The position numbers and the translations under genes were made by a program. This document shows positions 8,476-19,096 of a stretch of DNA of 64,000 bases, in pieces. The notes beneath the pieces are model-generated. The model was not told the DNA's origin, did not search any database, and saw only the letters and a program-made list of their open reading frames with translations. Position 1 is the first letter of the stretch, and each line of letters starts with the position of its first letter. Source of the DNA: Sulfurospirillum sp. (GTDB taxonomy: Bacteria > Campylobacterota > Campylobacteria > Campylobacterales > Sulfurospirillaceae); the NCBI GenBank assembly GCA_045047115.1, contig JASFYR010000012.1:27337-91336 (forward strand). Reading direction: 5' to 3'.

Positions 8476-9216
8476 ATGTTTAAGAAAATAGTGTTGTTCC
8501 TTGTTTTGAGTGTTGTTGTGTTTGCTTCTAGCATAAAAGTTGCGGTTGCTGCAAATGTCAGTTTTGCTATAGATGATATCATAGCAGCCTTTCATACCAA
8601 ATATCCTGATGTTAAAGTAGGTGTAATTTTAGGTAGTAGTGGAAAGTTAAATGCGCAGATCAAAAGAGGTGCTCCTTTTGATGTCTTTATGGCGGCAAAT
8701 ATGAGATATCCCCAAGATTTGTTTAATAATGGTTTGGCTATATCGCCCGCAAAGATTTATGCGCAAGGAGCTTTGGCTATATTTAGTGTTAAAAAGAGGG
8801 ATTTTTCAAAGGGTATCTATATAGCAAAAGAGAGTTCTATCTCAAGAATTGCCATAACAAATCCAAATACTGCACCTTATGGCAAGGCTGCTGTTGAAGC
8901 TTTGAAAAACGCAAAGATATACAAAGATATAAAAGATAAATTTGTTTATGCCGAGAGTGTTTCGCAAACAGTTCAGTATGCTATGACGGCAGCTGATATA
9001 GGTTTCATCGCCAAATCTACACTTTTTAGTTCAAAAATGAAGAGGTTTAAAAAAGGGAAAAATTGGATAGAGACAGATAAAAATCTATATACCCCTATAA
9101 AGCAGGGAGTAGTTATCATCAAATCCACAAAAAATCTAAAAGCCGCAAAAGAATTTTATGATTTTATTCTCTCACATAAAGCCAAAAAAGTCTTCAAAAA
9201 TTATGGCTATCTATGA
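8476..9216 (+). CDS. modA: Molybdate ABC transporter substrate-binding protein
   Basis: Signal peptide; VAVAAN, GSSGKL..QI..GAPFDVF, APYG motifs. Confidence 0.95.
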   Translation: MFKKIVLFLVLSVVVFASSIKVAVAANVSFAIDDIIAAFHTKYPDVKVGVILGSSGKLNAQIKRGAPFDVFMAANMRYPQDLFNNGLAISPAKIYAQGALAIFSVKKRDFSKGIYIAKESSISRIAITNPNTAPYGKAAVEALKNAKIYKDIKDKFVYAESVSQTVQYAMTAADIGFIAKSTLFSSKMKRFKKGKNWIETDKNLYTPIKQGVVIIKSTKNLKAAKEFYDFILSHKAKKVFKNYGYL

Positions 9217-9617
9217 ATAAAATAGAAGCAATAGTTAAAGAGATACAAGGAAGTGATGCCCTGCATGTAGTGACATTTGGGGCTAAAAATGAAGAGTTTA
9301 CGATGATGGCATTGGAGCTTCCAAAAAATGTCAAAGAGGGTGTGAGGGTAACTCTTGGTATCAAGCCCTCTTTTGTGCTTATTGCAAAAGAAAAATCAAA
9401 AAATATAAGCTTGACAAATCAGATAGATGCCTCTATAACAGATTTAGATATCGGAAAGCTTTTGGTAACTGTAAAACTAAAAAGTGAAGCAGGTGTCTTT
9501 GAGTCACTTATAACAAAAAAATCTTATGATATGATGGGTTTGGAAGAAGATCAAAAAGTAGTTGTAATGATGAAAGCGAGTGAAATTTCAATCATAGAGG
9601 TCAAAGATGTCGTTTAA
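9213..9617 (+). CDS. TOBE/Mop molybdenum-binding domain protein
   Basis: Tandem TOBE repeats (ISLTNQI; SLIT..S...L); located in the mod operon. Confidence 0.85.
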   Translation: MNKIEAIVKEIQGSDALHVVTFGAKNEEFTMMALELPKNVKEGVRVTLGIKPSFVLIAKEKSKNISLTNQIDASITDLDIGKLLVTVKLKSEAGVFESLITKKSYDMMGLEEDQKVVVMMKASEISIIEVKDVV

Positions 9618-10287
9618 TTTTGAACCGTTTTTTCTCTCCTTTAAGCTCGCATCCATAGTCAGTATCATTCTTTTTCTCATAGCTCTTCCGCTTGCATGGA
9701 AACTTTCGCAAAGCAACTCAAAGTTCAAACCTATATATGAGGCCTTTAGTGCTCTGCCTATCGTTTTGCCCCCTACAGTCTTGGGGTTTTATGTACTTTT
9801 TGCTCTTTCTGCCAACTCGCCTTTGGGCATATTTATAGAGGATATATTTGGCGTCAAAATGGTATTTAATTTTTACGGGCTTGTAATTGCCAGTTGTCTC
9901 TACTCTTTTCCTTTTATGCTCCAACCCTTGCAAAGTGGCTTTGAATCTCTACCTAAATCCCTCATAGAGGCTTCATATCTATGTGGAAAGAGTAGTCTTC
10001 AAACACTTTTGTATGTTGCCCTGCCAAATATAAAATCCTCCATTATGACTGCCGTTGTCATCACTTTTGCGCATACTGTTGGTGAATTTGGTGTAGTTTT
10101 GATGGTCGGAGGCAGTATCCCGGGTGAAACAAAAGTTGCCTCTATCGCTATCTATGAGTTTGTAGAGACACTAGATTACAGAAGTGCCCACATATATTCA
10201 GCCATCATGGTTCTTATCAGTTTTACAGTTTTGCTGTTAGTCTATATCTTTAACTATAAACAGAAAAAAATAGGGGTTTTAAGATGA
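9607..10287 (+). CDS. modB: Molybdate ABC transporter permease
   Basis: [13 protein letters not shown] and [16 protein letters not shown]. Confidence 0.95.
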   Translation: MSFNFEPFFLSFKLASIVSIILFLIALPLAWKLSQSNSKFKPIYEAFSALPIVLPPTVLGFYVLFALSANSPLGIFIEDIFGVKMVFNFYGLVIASCLYSFPFMLQPLQSGFESLPKSLIEASYLCGKSSLQTLLYVALPNIKSSIMTAVVITFAHTVGEFGVVLMVGGSIPGETKVASIAIYEFVETLDYRSAHIYSAIMVLISFTVLLLVYIFNYKQKKIGVLR

Positions 10288-11141
10288 TAAATATAGGTGT
10301 AAAAAAGAGGCTGTTTGGCTCAAAAGGGGATATGGATTTAGATATAAGTCTTAGTATAAAAGATGGTTCATTTGTCTCAATTTTGGGTAAAAGTGGAAGT
10401 GGTAAGACTACACTTTTGCGTATACTCGCCGGATTAGAAAGTGCCAAAGGTAATATTAAAGTAAATGATGAGATTTGGTTGGATAAAAATAAAATGTTTC
10501 ACCCAAGAGAGCGAAGTGTCGGTTTTGTGTTTCAAGATTATGCACTTTTTCCAAATATGAGCGTCAAAGAAAATCTCCTGTTTGCAAATCAGGATGAAGA
10601 TTTGGCAAAAAAACTTTTAGAGATGACAGAGCTTGGTGAGTTGAAAGATACCTTACCTCCAATGCTCTCAGGTGGACAGCAACAAAGAGTCTCGATTTGC
10701 AGAGCATTGATGCGAAAGCCGAAGATTTTACTTTTGGATGAGCCACTTTCAGCACTGGATATGCAGATGAGAGAGAAGTTGCAACTTGAGATTTTAGAGC
10801 TTCATAAAACTTTTAAGACAACTACTATCATGGTAAGCCACAGCCCAAATGAGATATATAAGATGAGTGACTTTGTAGCACTTGTTGAAGATGGAAAAGT
10901 CAAAAAATATGGAAATCCAAAAGAAATTTTACTAAAGACAAGCGGAAGTCAAAAGTTTTCATTTGGAGGTAGAATCCTGGATATGTACAAAGCAGATATC
11001 TTATATGTTGCTGTTATAGCGATAGACAATCAGATAGTAGAGATTGTTTTGGACTCAAATGAAGCAAAAATTTTAAAAGTTGGAGACAGTGTAAGAGTCA
11101 GTACAAAGGCTTTTTCTCCTGTTGTTGCAAAAAGCAGGTGA
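10284..11141 (+). CDS. modC: Molybdate ABC transporter ATPase
   Basis: [25 protein letters not shown]-terminal TOBE. Confidence 0.93.
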   Translation: MINIGVKKRLFGSKGDMDLDISLSIKDGSFVSILGKSGSGKTTLLRILAGLESAKGNIKVNDEIWLDKNKMFHPRERSVGFVFQDYALFPNMSVKENLLFANQDEDLAKKLLEMTELGELKDTLPPMLSGGQQQRVSICRALMRKPKILLLDEPLSALDMQMREKLQLEILELHKTFKTTTIMVSHSPNEIYKMSDFVALVEDGKVKKYGNPKEILLKTSGSQKFSFGGRILDMYKADILYVAVIAIDNQIVEIVLDSNEAKILKVGDSVRVSTKAFSPVVAKSR

Positions 11142-11145
11142 GATT

Positions 11146-11204
11146 TTATTACTCCACTGACTAAATACACCAATTTTTGGTGTATTTAGTCAGTGGAGTA
11201 ATAA
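11146..11204. repeat. 28-bp perfect inverted repeat between convergent genes (likely bidirectional terminator)
   Basis: TTATTACTCCACTGACTAAATACACCAA-TTT-TTGGTGTATTTAGTCAGTGGAGTAATAA. Confidence 0.9.
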
Positions 11205-13405
11205 TCTATAAACTCTTTTGGTTGTGAAAAAAGATATCCTTGTGAATATTCTATATCTAGCTTCGCGACACTGTTTTGTATCTCTTCATTTTCAACAAAT
11301 TCAGCAATTAATTCTATCCCTAAAGAATGAGCAAAATCACTGATGGTTTTTGTTATTTTAAAACTTTTTAGATTTGTATAAATTGTTTTGATATATTTTT
11401 TATCAATTTTAATAAAGTCTATATCAAGTTCACTTATTCTTTCAAAATTTGAATACTCTACCCCAAAATCATCTACGGCAATTTTGAATCCTGCTTTTTT
11501 TATTTTCTTTAACTGCTTTATGTTGTTTTTGGCACCGATAGTCGTTATACCTTCTAATATTTCCAGCGTTACTCTGCTAGGATTTATATCATATCTTTTT
11601 ACTGTTTTAAGCAGATAGTCTTCCAGCTTGTGTGTAATCAGATCATCTTCGGTGATGTTTATAGATATCTCTATAAGTTTATCCAAACACGAGAGGTATT
11701 TACAACTTTTTTCTATTATTATTCTTGTGATTTCATGTAAAAATCCACTATCTTTTGCTATATCTATAAAAAGAAAAGGGTTATATATCATATCTTTGCT
11801 TTTTATTCTAGCAAGTGCTTCGTATTTAGTGATTTTACCCGTTCGGTTGTCTTTTATACCTTGAAAATAGGGAATTATCTCTGAATATTTTTGTAAAAAT
11901 ATGGCATCATACAGTAAGCTATTGTATTTGATAAAATTATCATTTGCATCTTTTTTTCTATAAGAAATGAAATCAGAAAAAGGGTATTGTTTTGCATCCT
12001 TTACAGCGATAGACATTTTGCTGAGAAGTTTCTCTTCTTTGGCAGAGACTACCCCAAAACTAAATGAAATTCTTAAATTTATAGCACCTTTTAATATCTT
12101 GATGGAATCATTTATGAATTTATGTTTTATTTCTCTTATCTCTTTTTTGTGGTTGTATGAAAAAAATAAAAATTCATCAGAATTTATCCTATATATTTTT
12201 CTGTCTAATAAATTTTCTATTCGTTTGGTTAAGATTTTTAGGACTATGTCTCCTGTGTCAAATCCGTATGCCTCATTTATTTTGCTAAAATTTCTAACAT
12301 TTAGCATAACGGTTTTGCCCTCTTTGTGTTTTTTAAGATCTTCTTTAAATTTAATTTTTTTATATGCCCCTGTTGTCAAATCCATATAGAATAATTTCAT
12401 CTTTTCATCGATTTGATTCTGAACTTCCTTGTCTAAATCAGAGATATGTCTAAGACCTTCTGTATGTTTTTTAAACACTAAAGTGGTGGTAATTATAAAG
12501 ACAATTGCCATCAAGATAATTATCACAAGTAGAGCGATTCCTTTTTGTGCCAATTCAAATTTATCATAAACGAAAGCTGTAAATTTCCCTATTTTCTGGT
12601 TTCTTGAGTTATAAATTGGGATATTAAGAACATAGTATCCATCAATTATTTCGTCTGCTTTAGGTACAAATTTATAAGTTTTGATAGCTGCAAAATAGCC
12701 AGCTTTATATTTTTTGAATAATTTTATAATCTCTGGGTTTAAATTTTGATTTGATACTATATAGTTCTGCGTAGAGAGGTTTTGACATGGTATTTTTGCT
12801 GAGTTAGCAAATTTCTTGTTAATTATGACTACGCTATTTACCATATTGTTGCGTAACTCGTTGGAGATAGAACTAAAATCAGAGATTGTCTCAACAATAC
12901 CTAAAAAATTATGATTTTTATCATAAATTGGTGCAATTCCTCTAAAACCTATGCCAAATTTATCTACATTGATATTTATGTGTGGACGAGGTTTTCTAGA
13001 GAAAGACAAGAACTCTTTTTTTTGGTTCAATGAATTTTCTTCCAATCTTTTGGCTGTCCAAGAGATATAACGACTGATTCCATTTTTATCAATTATACGA
13101 ATCTTTATATTTTCATAGTGAAAATACCCTTTTGCGTTCTCAAAAAAATAATTTGAGTATAAACTTTGAAATTTGTCACTGCCCATGATGTCTATTAGTT
13201 TGGCATTGGTTGCAAGATTTTTTGCCAATGCTAAAGTATCATGTTTTTGTATTTTTATCTCGCTTTTTATCTCTCTTCTTATGGAGTCTGTATAATTTAA
13301 CCCACTGCTTTTAAAGTAATTGTTTTGTAAGATAAAATATGAAATGATAGATAGTATAAATACAGATACTAAAAATAAAATTAATGTGATTCCATTTTTA
13401 AACAT
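11186..13405 (-). CDS. Membrane-anchored sensor (Cache-like) with degenerate GGDEF and intact EAL phosphodiesterase
   Basis: Two TM segments; RINSDEF at the GGDEF site; YEALAR, EILE, VDDFG, IKID, AEFVE and QGY EAL motifs. Confidence 0.88.
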   Translation of the reverse strand: MFKNGITLILFLVSVFILSIISYFILQNNYFKSSGLNYTDSIRREIKSEIKIQKHDTLALAKNLATNAKLIDIMGSDKFQSLYSNYFFENAKGYFHYENIKIRIIDKNGISRYISWTAKRLEENSLNQKKEFLSFSRKPRPHININVDKFGIGFRGIAPIYDKNHNFLGIVETISDFSSISNELRNNMVNSVVIINKKFANSAKIPCQNLSTQNYIVSNQNLNPEIIKLFKKYKAGYFAAIKTYKFVPKADEIIDGYYVLNIPIYNSRNQKIGKFTAFVYDKFELAQKGIALLVIIILMAIVFIITTTLVFKKHTEGLRHISDLDKEVQNQIDEKMKLFYMDLTTGAYKKIKFKEDLKKHKEGKTVMLNVRNFSKINEAYGFDTGDIVLKILTKRIENLLDRKIYRINSDEFLFFSYNHKKEIREIKHKFINDSIKILKGAINLRISFSFGVVSAKEEKLLSKMSIAVKDAKQYPFSDFISYRKKDANDNFIKYNSLLYDAIFLQKYSEIIPYFQGIKDNRTGKITKYEALARIKSKDMIYNPFLFIDIAKDSGFLHEITRIIIEKSCKYLSCLDKLIEISINITEDDLITHKLEDYLLKTVKRYDINPSRVTLEILEGITTIGAKNNIKQLKKIKKAGFKIAVDDFGVEYSNFERISELDIDFIKIDKKYIKTIYTNLKSFKITKTISDFAHSLGIELIAEFVENEEIQNSVAKLDIEYSQGYLFSQPKEFIDYYSTD

Positions 13406-13538
13406 CAGTGCGATTTATATATGCTATACAAGTTTGCATTAATTCCCTTTTTAATTTGCTAGAAAACCTAAAATATATACTTAAAACGGGGTATTCTACA
13501 AGATGTAAAATTTAATGTTAAGTAATGTAGATGAGAAA

Positions 13539-13565
13539 TACCAGCAATCCTTGGGACTGCCGGTA
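13539..13565 (-). terminator. Terminator hairpin downstream of the cytochrome gene
   Basis: TACCGGCAGTCC-CAA-GGATTGCTGGTA with G-U pairs on the minus strand, followed by TTTCT. Confidence 0.65.
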
Positions 13566-13584
13566 GGTTTGAACCAAATTCTTT

Positions 13585-14082
13585 TTACCAAATCACACTT
13601 GGTAATGATGGCGGAGGAGTTGTTGGTAGTCTATATTTTATAAATCCAAATCCAGCTCCCGCATGACAGTTATTACAGCCTTCTTCTGCTGCTGCATATG
13701 ATGCTGTAAATGCATTCCAGTCTTTTGCTTTGATAGCTTTTTGAATCGGAGCCAAATAGGTGCTCTCGAATGCTTTTAACTCTGCTTTGTGGCCAGGTCT
13801 TGTAATTTCGCCTACTTCTTGAATTTCAGGCATCTCTTTTATTTCATAGCCAGCCAAACCCCAGTTTCCCGCTCTTGCTGCATAGTATCCTACATAAAAT
13901 CTATGACTATATTCAATCATAACTGTACCAAGTCCAGGCTGGATTTTAGCTATTTGACCAAGTGTCATGTGTTTGTTGTGCTTTGTAGGCACTACTTGGT
14001 CATTCATATTCTTTGCATTTGCACCAACGCCTGCAAATAATCCAATAACCGCTGCAGATAACAGTAATTTTGTAACTTTCAT
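13585..14082 (-). CDS. Exported monoheme c-type cytochrome (C-terminal CxxCH, helical type)
   Basis: Signal peptide; CNNCH near the C-terminus; AAGGAG RBS. Confidence 0.8.
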   Translation of the reverse strand: MKVTKLLLSAAVIGLFAGVGANAKNMNDQVVPTKHNKHMTLGQIAKIQPGLGTVMIEYSHRFYVGYYAARAGNWGLAGYEIKEMPEIQEVGEITRPGHKAELKAFESTYLAPIQKAIKAKDWNAFTASYAAAEEGCNNCHAGAGFGFIKYRLPTTPPPSLPSVIW

Positions 14083-14128
14083 CTTAACTCCTTTTAAGTT
14101 TTATAACGAAAGTTTAGCACCAAATGCT

Positions 14129-14154
14129 TTAAGCTTCATTTAAGTTTAAATTAA
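14129..14154. promoter_or_regulatory. TTAA x3 at 11-bp spacing, candidate OmpR-family binding site
   Basis: TTAA at 14129, 14140 and 14151 between the divergent cytochrome and response regulator genes. Confidence 0.5.
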
Positions 14155-14199
14155 TTTTTTTTCATCTTTTAGCTTCGTTTTATTAATTTTTGTTAATAT

Positions 14200-14874
14200 G
14201 TGAGTATGAATATTTTAATAGTAGAAGACGATAAAAAGATAGCAAATTATTCCAAAGACGGTTTTGAAGAAGAGGGTTTTATCGTTGAAGTGGCATATAG
14301 CGGTGAAGATGGACTGAAATTTATAAAAACCAATACCTATGATGCCATTATTTTGGATTGGATGCTCCCTGGAATCGATGGTGTAGAAGTATGTAAAAAG
14401 ATAAGAGAATTAGGCCTGACTACGCCTGTCATAATGCTCACAGCGAAGGTTTTTATAGAGGATAAAGTGTTGGGACTCAACAGTGGTGCTGACGATTATA
14501 TTCCTAAGCCATTTTATTTTGAAGAGCTACTGGCTAGAGTAAATGCTCTTATGAGAAGAGCTTCATACAGCAGTAACCCCTACATCAAAGTTGCCGACTT
14601 GGTATTGGATACATACAAAAGAGAGGTAACAAGAGGTGGAAGAGTGATAGAGCTTACACCAAAAGAGTATGGTATCTTGGAGCTGTTAGTTAAAAATCGA
14701 GGTAAGATTGTCAGGCTTAAGACTATCATCAATGAGCTTTGGGAAAATGAAGATGATATAAGCAGTAACATCATAAATGTCTATATGCACCACCTAAGGC
14801 ATAAAATAGACAGTGAATTTGAACAAAAACTCATAACTACAGTGAGAAAGCATGGTTTTAGGATAGAGAGTTAA
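14200..14874 (+). CDS. OmpR-family response regulator
   Basis: ILIVEDD, LDWMLP, GADDYIPKPF, LTPKEY wHTH. Confidence 0.95.
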   Translation: MSMNILIVEDDKKIANYSKDGFEEEGFIVEVAYSGEDGLKFIKTNTYDAIILDWMLPGIDGVEVCKKIRELGLTTPVIMLTAKVFIEDKVLGLNSGADDYIPKPFYFEELLARVNALMRRASYSSNPYIKVADLVLDTYKREVTRGGRVIELTPKEYGILELLVKNRGKIVRLKTIINELWENEDDISSNIINVYMHHLRHKIDSEFEQKLITTVRKHGFRIES

Positions 14875-16301
14875 AAGCTGACTATTATTTTAGTGCCAAT
14901 ATCTGGTTTGCTGATGACTTTTATCTTGCTTTTGTGTATCTCTATTATCTTTTTTACCATTGGCAGACCGAGCCCATAGCCTTTGATGTGACCTTTTTCA
15001 GGAGAGTTTACTCTGTAAAATTCATCAAATATCATGGACTGCTTTTCTTTTGGTATTCCTATGCCTTCATCGCTTATGATAAAAGTCTGTTTTATCAGAG
15101 ATAAGGTTATCTTTTTGTTTCTTGGAGTAAACTTGATAGCATTGTCTATTAGGTTTGAAAAGAGAATTTTGAGCAGAGTTGGTTCAGCCTTGATCTCGGA
15201 ACAATCTAGTCTGTTTATATCCAACAAAATCCCCTTGTCTTTTGCTATCACGTTATACTCTTCAAAAGTATCCAGTAAAACTGTATCAAGATTTACAGTT
15301 GTAAAAGTATCTCTTATGCTCATATTTTGTATCCTTGTGAGCAAAAGAAGATTCCCAACCATATCTTGTAGATAGACTATTTCATTGTCTATGGATTTTA
15401 GAGTTTGTCTATACTCTTTTATGTTTTTATTTTTTTTCAAGGCTACATGTATCTGAAGTCTTAGAGCGGTTAGTGGTGTTTTGATTTGATGAGATGCATT
15501 TGAACTGAACTTTTTAATGTTTTCATATGATTCGTTTAATCTGGCTACGAGTTCGTATTTGAAGATACTCAAAGCCCTTATGGACGCAGCAGCTATTACT
15601 AAAGCACAGAGACCACGAAGTGTTTGTACGGGAAAATGAAGAAACTCCATAAAAGTTTGTGTGTTTATATAATTTCCCGGAAAGTAAGAAATTTTATCGA
15701 CTACTATTCCGGAGAAAAAAGAGTAGAATACAAAAGTGATACCGGAAATCTTAAAATACAATTTAAGCCTATTGATATTTTGACTTTTTTTAAGTGAATC
15801 TCCATAGTGGTAGAGCCCAAGCCCCAGTATAAAAGCACCCCAAAAACCATATGTATACCTTATGGCAGCATTTATGCCACTGATTGTAGGATGCAAAAAA
15901 ACCAAAAAAGCCAAACCCAGTGTTGCAAAAGAGTAGATAGCAGGAGGATAATAAAACTTATATATCAAGTGCTCTTTTATTTTTTTATTGGATTTTAAAA
16001 AGCTCTTTCTTATCACAAAACGGGAAAATTCAAAAAGATAGATATATGAGACGAGAAGCAAAAAAGACTGTATATAATCAAGATTTGTAAATTTTACTTT
16101 GGGATGGATATACTCAAAAAGGCTTATCCAGTCTTCAAAAGCATGAGATATGGCAAAGACCCCAAGAAGCCAAATTTTACTGGCAAAGAAATACTCACTC
16201 TCTTTTGGCTTGGAAAAAAGAACAGATACGCCTAAAACAAAAAAAGAGAGACCATAGACAAACAACAACAGTTCCATACTCTCATTTTCTATGGCAAACA
16301 T
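14871..16301 (-). CDS. Sensor histidine kinase with polytopic membrane input domain
   Basis: About 7 TM segments; H-box ASHQIKTPL, NLIDNAIKF, DEGIGI, GYGLGL. Confidence 0.92.
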   Translation of the reverse strand: MFAIENESMELLLFVYGLSFFVLGVSVLFSKPKESEYFFASKIWLLGVFAISHAFEDWISLFEYIHPKVKFTNLDYIQSFLLLVSYIYLFEFSRFVIRKSFLKSNKKIKEHLIYKFYYPPAIYSFATLGLAFLVFLHPTISGINAAIRYTYGFWGAFILGLGLYHYGDSLKKSQNINRLKLYFKISGITFVFYSFFSGIVVDKISYFPGNYINTQTFMEFLHFPVQTLRGLCALVIAAASIRALSIFKYELVARLNESYENIKKFSSNASHQIKTPLTALRLQIHVALKKNKNIKEYRQTLKSIDNEIVYLQDMVGNLLLLTRIQNMSIRDTFTTVNLDTVLLDTFEEYNVIAKDKGILLDINRLDCSEIKAEPTLLKILFSNLIDNAIKFTPRNKKITLSLIKQTFIISDEGIGIPKEKQSMIFDEFYRVNSPEKGHIKGYGLGLPMVKKIIEIHKSKIKVISKPDIGTKIIVSF

Positions 16302-16784
16302 CTATATCCTTTGCAACCTTCTAAAAGTATTTAGTTTTTTATTTTTCTCTTTTTTGCTATTATAGTATCTCAGCTCATTTTTGAAGTACTCTACGATTCT
16401 TAGCTGCAAAAGGTATGTCTCTTCGTTGGTGTGATTCTTTTGGACGAGAAATTTTTTGAGATGCCTGATGTTTATTTTTGTTATATATCTGGGATTTTTA
16501 CGAATCTCTCTATCTATATCTTTGATAAGAGAGTCTATATTTAGACTTTTGATGTTTATAATTTTTTTGACATACTCTTTTGTTGTTTGCACCAGTACAT
16601 TTATTCTGTATGGGTCTTTATATATCTCTTTTGCCACTTCCCCCAGTATTTCGTACTCCACCGAATCCTCTTTTTTGTTTGATGCAATCATAGAGGCAAA
16701 TACTTTTGCCCGAAATTCGAGAGATTTATGGTGGTATATAAAAAACTCTCTAAATAGTGATAAAAATTTGCTTGTAAAATTCAA
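16302..16784 (-). CDS. Conserved hypothetical protein
   Basis: 160-aa ORF in an operon-like arrangement; no recognisable motif. Confidence 0.7.
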   Translation of the reverse strand: MNFTSKFLSLFREFFIYHHKSLEFRAKVFASMIASNKKEDSVEYEILGEVAKEIYKDPYRINVLVQTTKEYVKKIINIKSLNIDSLIKDIDREIRKNPRYITKINIRHLKKFLVQKNHTNEETYLLQLRIVEYFKNELRYYNSKKEKNKKLNTFRRLQRI

Positions 16785-16797
16785 AAATTCACTATAC

Positions 16798-17466
16798 CTA
16801 CAGGCTGTTTAGAACTTGTTTGAATTTTATCGACTCAGGTTTGTCTTTGACTTTGTCATGTACCAAGATATCATTTACATATATAAGCTTATCATAATAG
16901 TCAAAATCATCATTATCATTTACATCGAGGCTGGCGCCACTGATGGATATGCCTACAAATGCGCCACTACTTTTACCGTAGGTTACAGAATTTGCAGCAA
17001 GTTTTTCATCTGTTTTGACTCCGCTTTGCACGCCCTTTGCAACAGCAACAACACCTGCATCTATGCCTATTGTGATTTTACCACTGGCCAAATCATCCAG
17101 GCTTCTGTCTGTTTTAAAGATGACAATTAAATCTGTAGCTTTAAATCCAAATTGCATTCCAATACTAACTCCTTTAATGCTGACAAATATAGGTTCACTC
17201 CACTTACCCTCTTCATTTTTTATGCTCATTACACCTTTGCCGACTCTACCGCCGATAAAGAATGCTGCTTTCATGATATTTGGAAAAACAGCTATAGCTT
17301 TCGCATTATGGAGTATCTTTTTTGTTATGCCGGTTTTTGGCAGCATCATCGCATCTTTTAAAATTTTAGCAGAAGTCAAAACTCTTCTCTCTTGATTGTA
17401 GCCGGCATTTAAAACAGATGCTAAAAACAGACTGGTCAACAATACTACTATAGATAATCTTTTCAT
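16798..17466 (-). CDS. SYLF/YSC84 lipid-binding domain exported protein
   Basis: Signal peptide; AKAIAVFP..KAAFFIGG..GKG, WSEP, S.G.Q.G, GAFVGISISG. Confidence 0.9.
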   Translation of the reverse strand: MKRLSIVVLLTSLFLASVLNAGYNQERRVLTSAKILKDAMMLPKTGITKKILHNAKAIAVFPNIMKAAFFIGGRVGKGVMSIKNEEGKWSEPIFVSIKGVSIGMQFGFKATDLIVIFKTDRSLDDLASGKITIGIDAGVVAVAKGVQSGVKTDEKLAANSVTYGKSSGAFVGISISGASLDVNDNDDFDYYDKLIYVNDILVHDKVKDKPESIKFKQVLNSL

Positions 17467-17584
17467 TTTCTTCTCCTAAATAGAATTTTCTTAAAGTATT
17501 ATATCTATTTTTTAAGAAATTTTATAATTAAGCTTCAAATCGATATAATTGACGATAAAAATTTCTATATATATCGGAGATATT

Positions 17585-19096
17585 ATGGATGAAAAAAATA
17601 ACTACAAAAAACTGGCATCATTGGCAAAAGAGTTTACTCTTTTGTATGTGGAAGACAACACGGGACTTCAAAAACAAGCCGGCAAGATATTTCATAAATT
17701 CTTTGGTAAAGTTATTGTTGCCAAAGACGGCTTGGAAGGTTTGGCATTTTTTAGAGAGCACTGTCCGGATATCGTTGTAACGGATATAAAAATGCCGAAG
17801 ATGGACGGTCTTGAAATGTCAAAAAAGATCAAAGAGTTGGATATAGATGCCAAGATTATCATCACCTCTGCATTTGATGAAAAAGACAATCTACTGCAAT
17901 CCATAGATATAGGTATAGCAAAGTATCTCAAAAAGCCAATTCCCGTAGAGGCTCTTATAGAGGCTCTTATAGAGATAATCGAGCAGATAAAAAATAAAAA
18001 AGATAAAAATCTTTTTGAAAATTATACACAAGATATATTTCACAATCAAGACAATCTTCTCATACTTATAAAAAATGATAAAGTTCTTATTGCAAACAAC
18101 AAATGTCTTGATTTTTTTGCCCAGGAAAACAGTAAAAGTTTTAAAAAGTTTTTCAAAAAGTTTTCAAAGCTTCTCTTGCCTCATGAAAATTTTTTGTATG
18201 ACAAAGATGGAATAAATTGGCTGGATGTAGTGAAAGAACATCTTGGAAAACTTTTTAGTGTTAAGATAAAAGACAAAGATGGCAAAAATAGACATTTTGT
18301 GCTCAAAGCCACCAAGATACCCCAAAAAGAGGACTATTTTATCCTCTCATTTGATGATATAACCGAGTTAAATCTCCTAAAAGAGTATGATCCAGGTCTC
18401 TCAAAAGAAGAGCGTATCAGCGAAGAGAAGATAAGGATGATAAATCTACTGCATGTTCTAAAAAGAAACAAATCCCAAATCAGACTCTACAACTCCTATA
18501 AAGGTCTCTCTATCACCAATACAGGAACCATAGAAGAGGTTATGCAAGACCATATAAATGTAAAGACAACTTATCTGCAACAAAGAGCTATACATATAGA
18601 GAAAAAAACAACCATAGAGTCAGAGTTGTTTTCTCAAGCATTAAATTGTGAATTGGACAGTGTCAATTTTGAGACACAGATAGTAGTTTTGAAAAATTTT
18701 GTTTTCAATGATCATCTGCCTTCAGAGCAAAAACATACAAGAGTAATGCCAGAAGAGAGTAGCAAGATAGAGCTTCTTTTCAATGCAAAAAAACTCTCTT
18801 CGGAGATAAATATCTTAGATATAAGTGTAGATGGATGTAATTTGACATGTAAAGCTATACCGGCTGGATTTAAAGAGGGTAGCAAAATAGTACTCAAGAT
18901 GGTATTGGGCGCAGAAAAAAAGGCTATAAATCTAAGAATCAATGCAAAAATCCTAAAGTTGCAAGAGAGAAAAGATGAGTTTGGTGTGGTTGTTGTTTTT
19001 GAGCTTGAGGCAGAGCTAAGAAAACTGTTGATTGACTATATAGCCAAAAGGCAGATGGCACTAATCAGAGAGTTTAAAGGATTGCAGAATGAATAA
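17585..19096 (+). CDS. Response regulator: REC, PAS-like region and PilZ-like domain
   Basis: LLYVED, TDIKMPKMDG, KP; C-terminal QKHTR...DISVDG and QMALIREFK. Confidence 0.85.
   Translation: MDEKNNYKKLASLAKEFTLLYVEDNTGLQKQAGKIFHKFFGKVIVAKDGLEGLAFFREHCPDIVVTDIKMPKMDGLEMSKKIKELDIDAKIIITSAFDEKDNLLQSIDIGIAKYLKKPIPVEALIEALIEIIEQIKNKKDKNLFENYTQDIFHNQDNLLILIKNDKVLIANNKCLDFFAQENSKSFKKFFKKFSKLLLPHENFLYDKDGINWLDVVKEHLGKLFSVKIKDKDGKNRHFVLKATKIPQKEDYFILSFDDITELNLLKEYDPGLSKEERISEEKIRMINLLHVLKRNKSQIRLYNSYKGLSITNTGTIEEVMQDHINVKTTYLQQRAIHIEKKTTIESELFSQALNCELDSVNFETQIVVLKNFVFNDHLPSEQKHTRVMPEESSKIELLFNAKKLSSEINILDISVDGCNLTCKAIPAGFKEGSKIVLKMVLGAEKKAINLRINAKILKLQERKDEFGVVVVFELEAELRKLLIDYIAKRQMALIREFKGLQNE

Noticed and set aside
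17946..17974. 12-bp tandem repeat TAGAGGCTCTTA (EALIEALIE)
   Set aside because: Short in-frame duplication in a helix; no evidence of function
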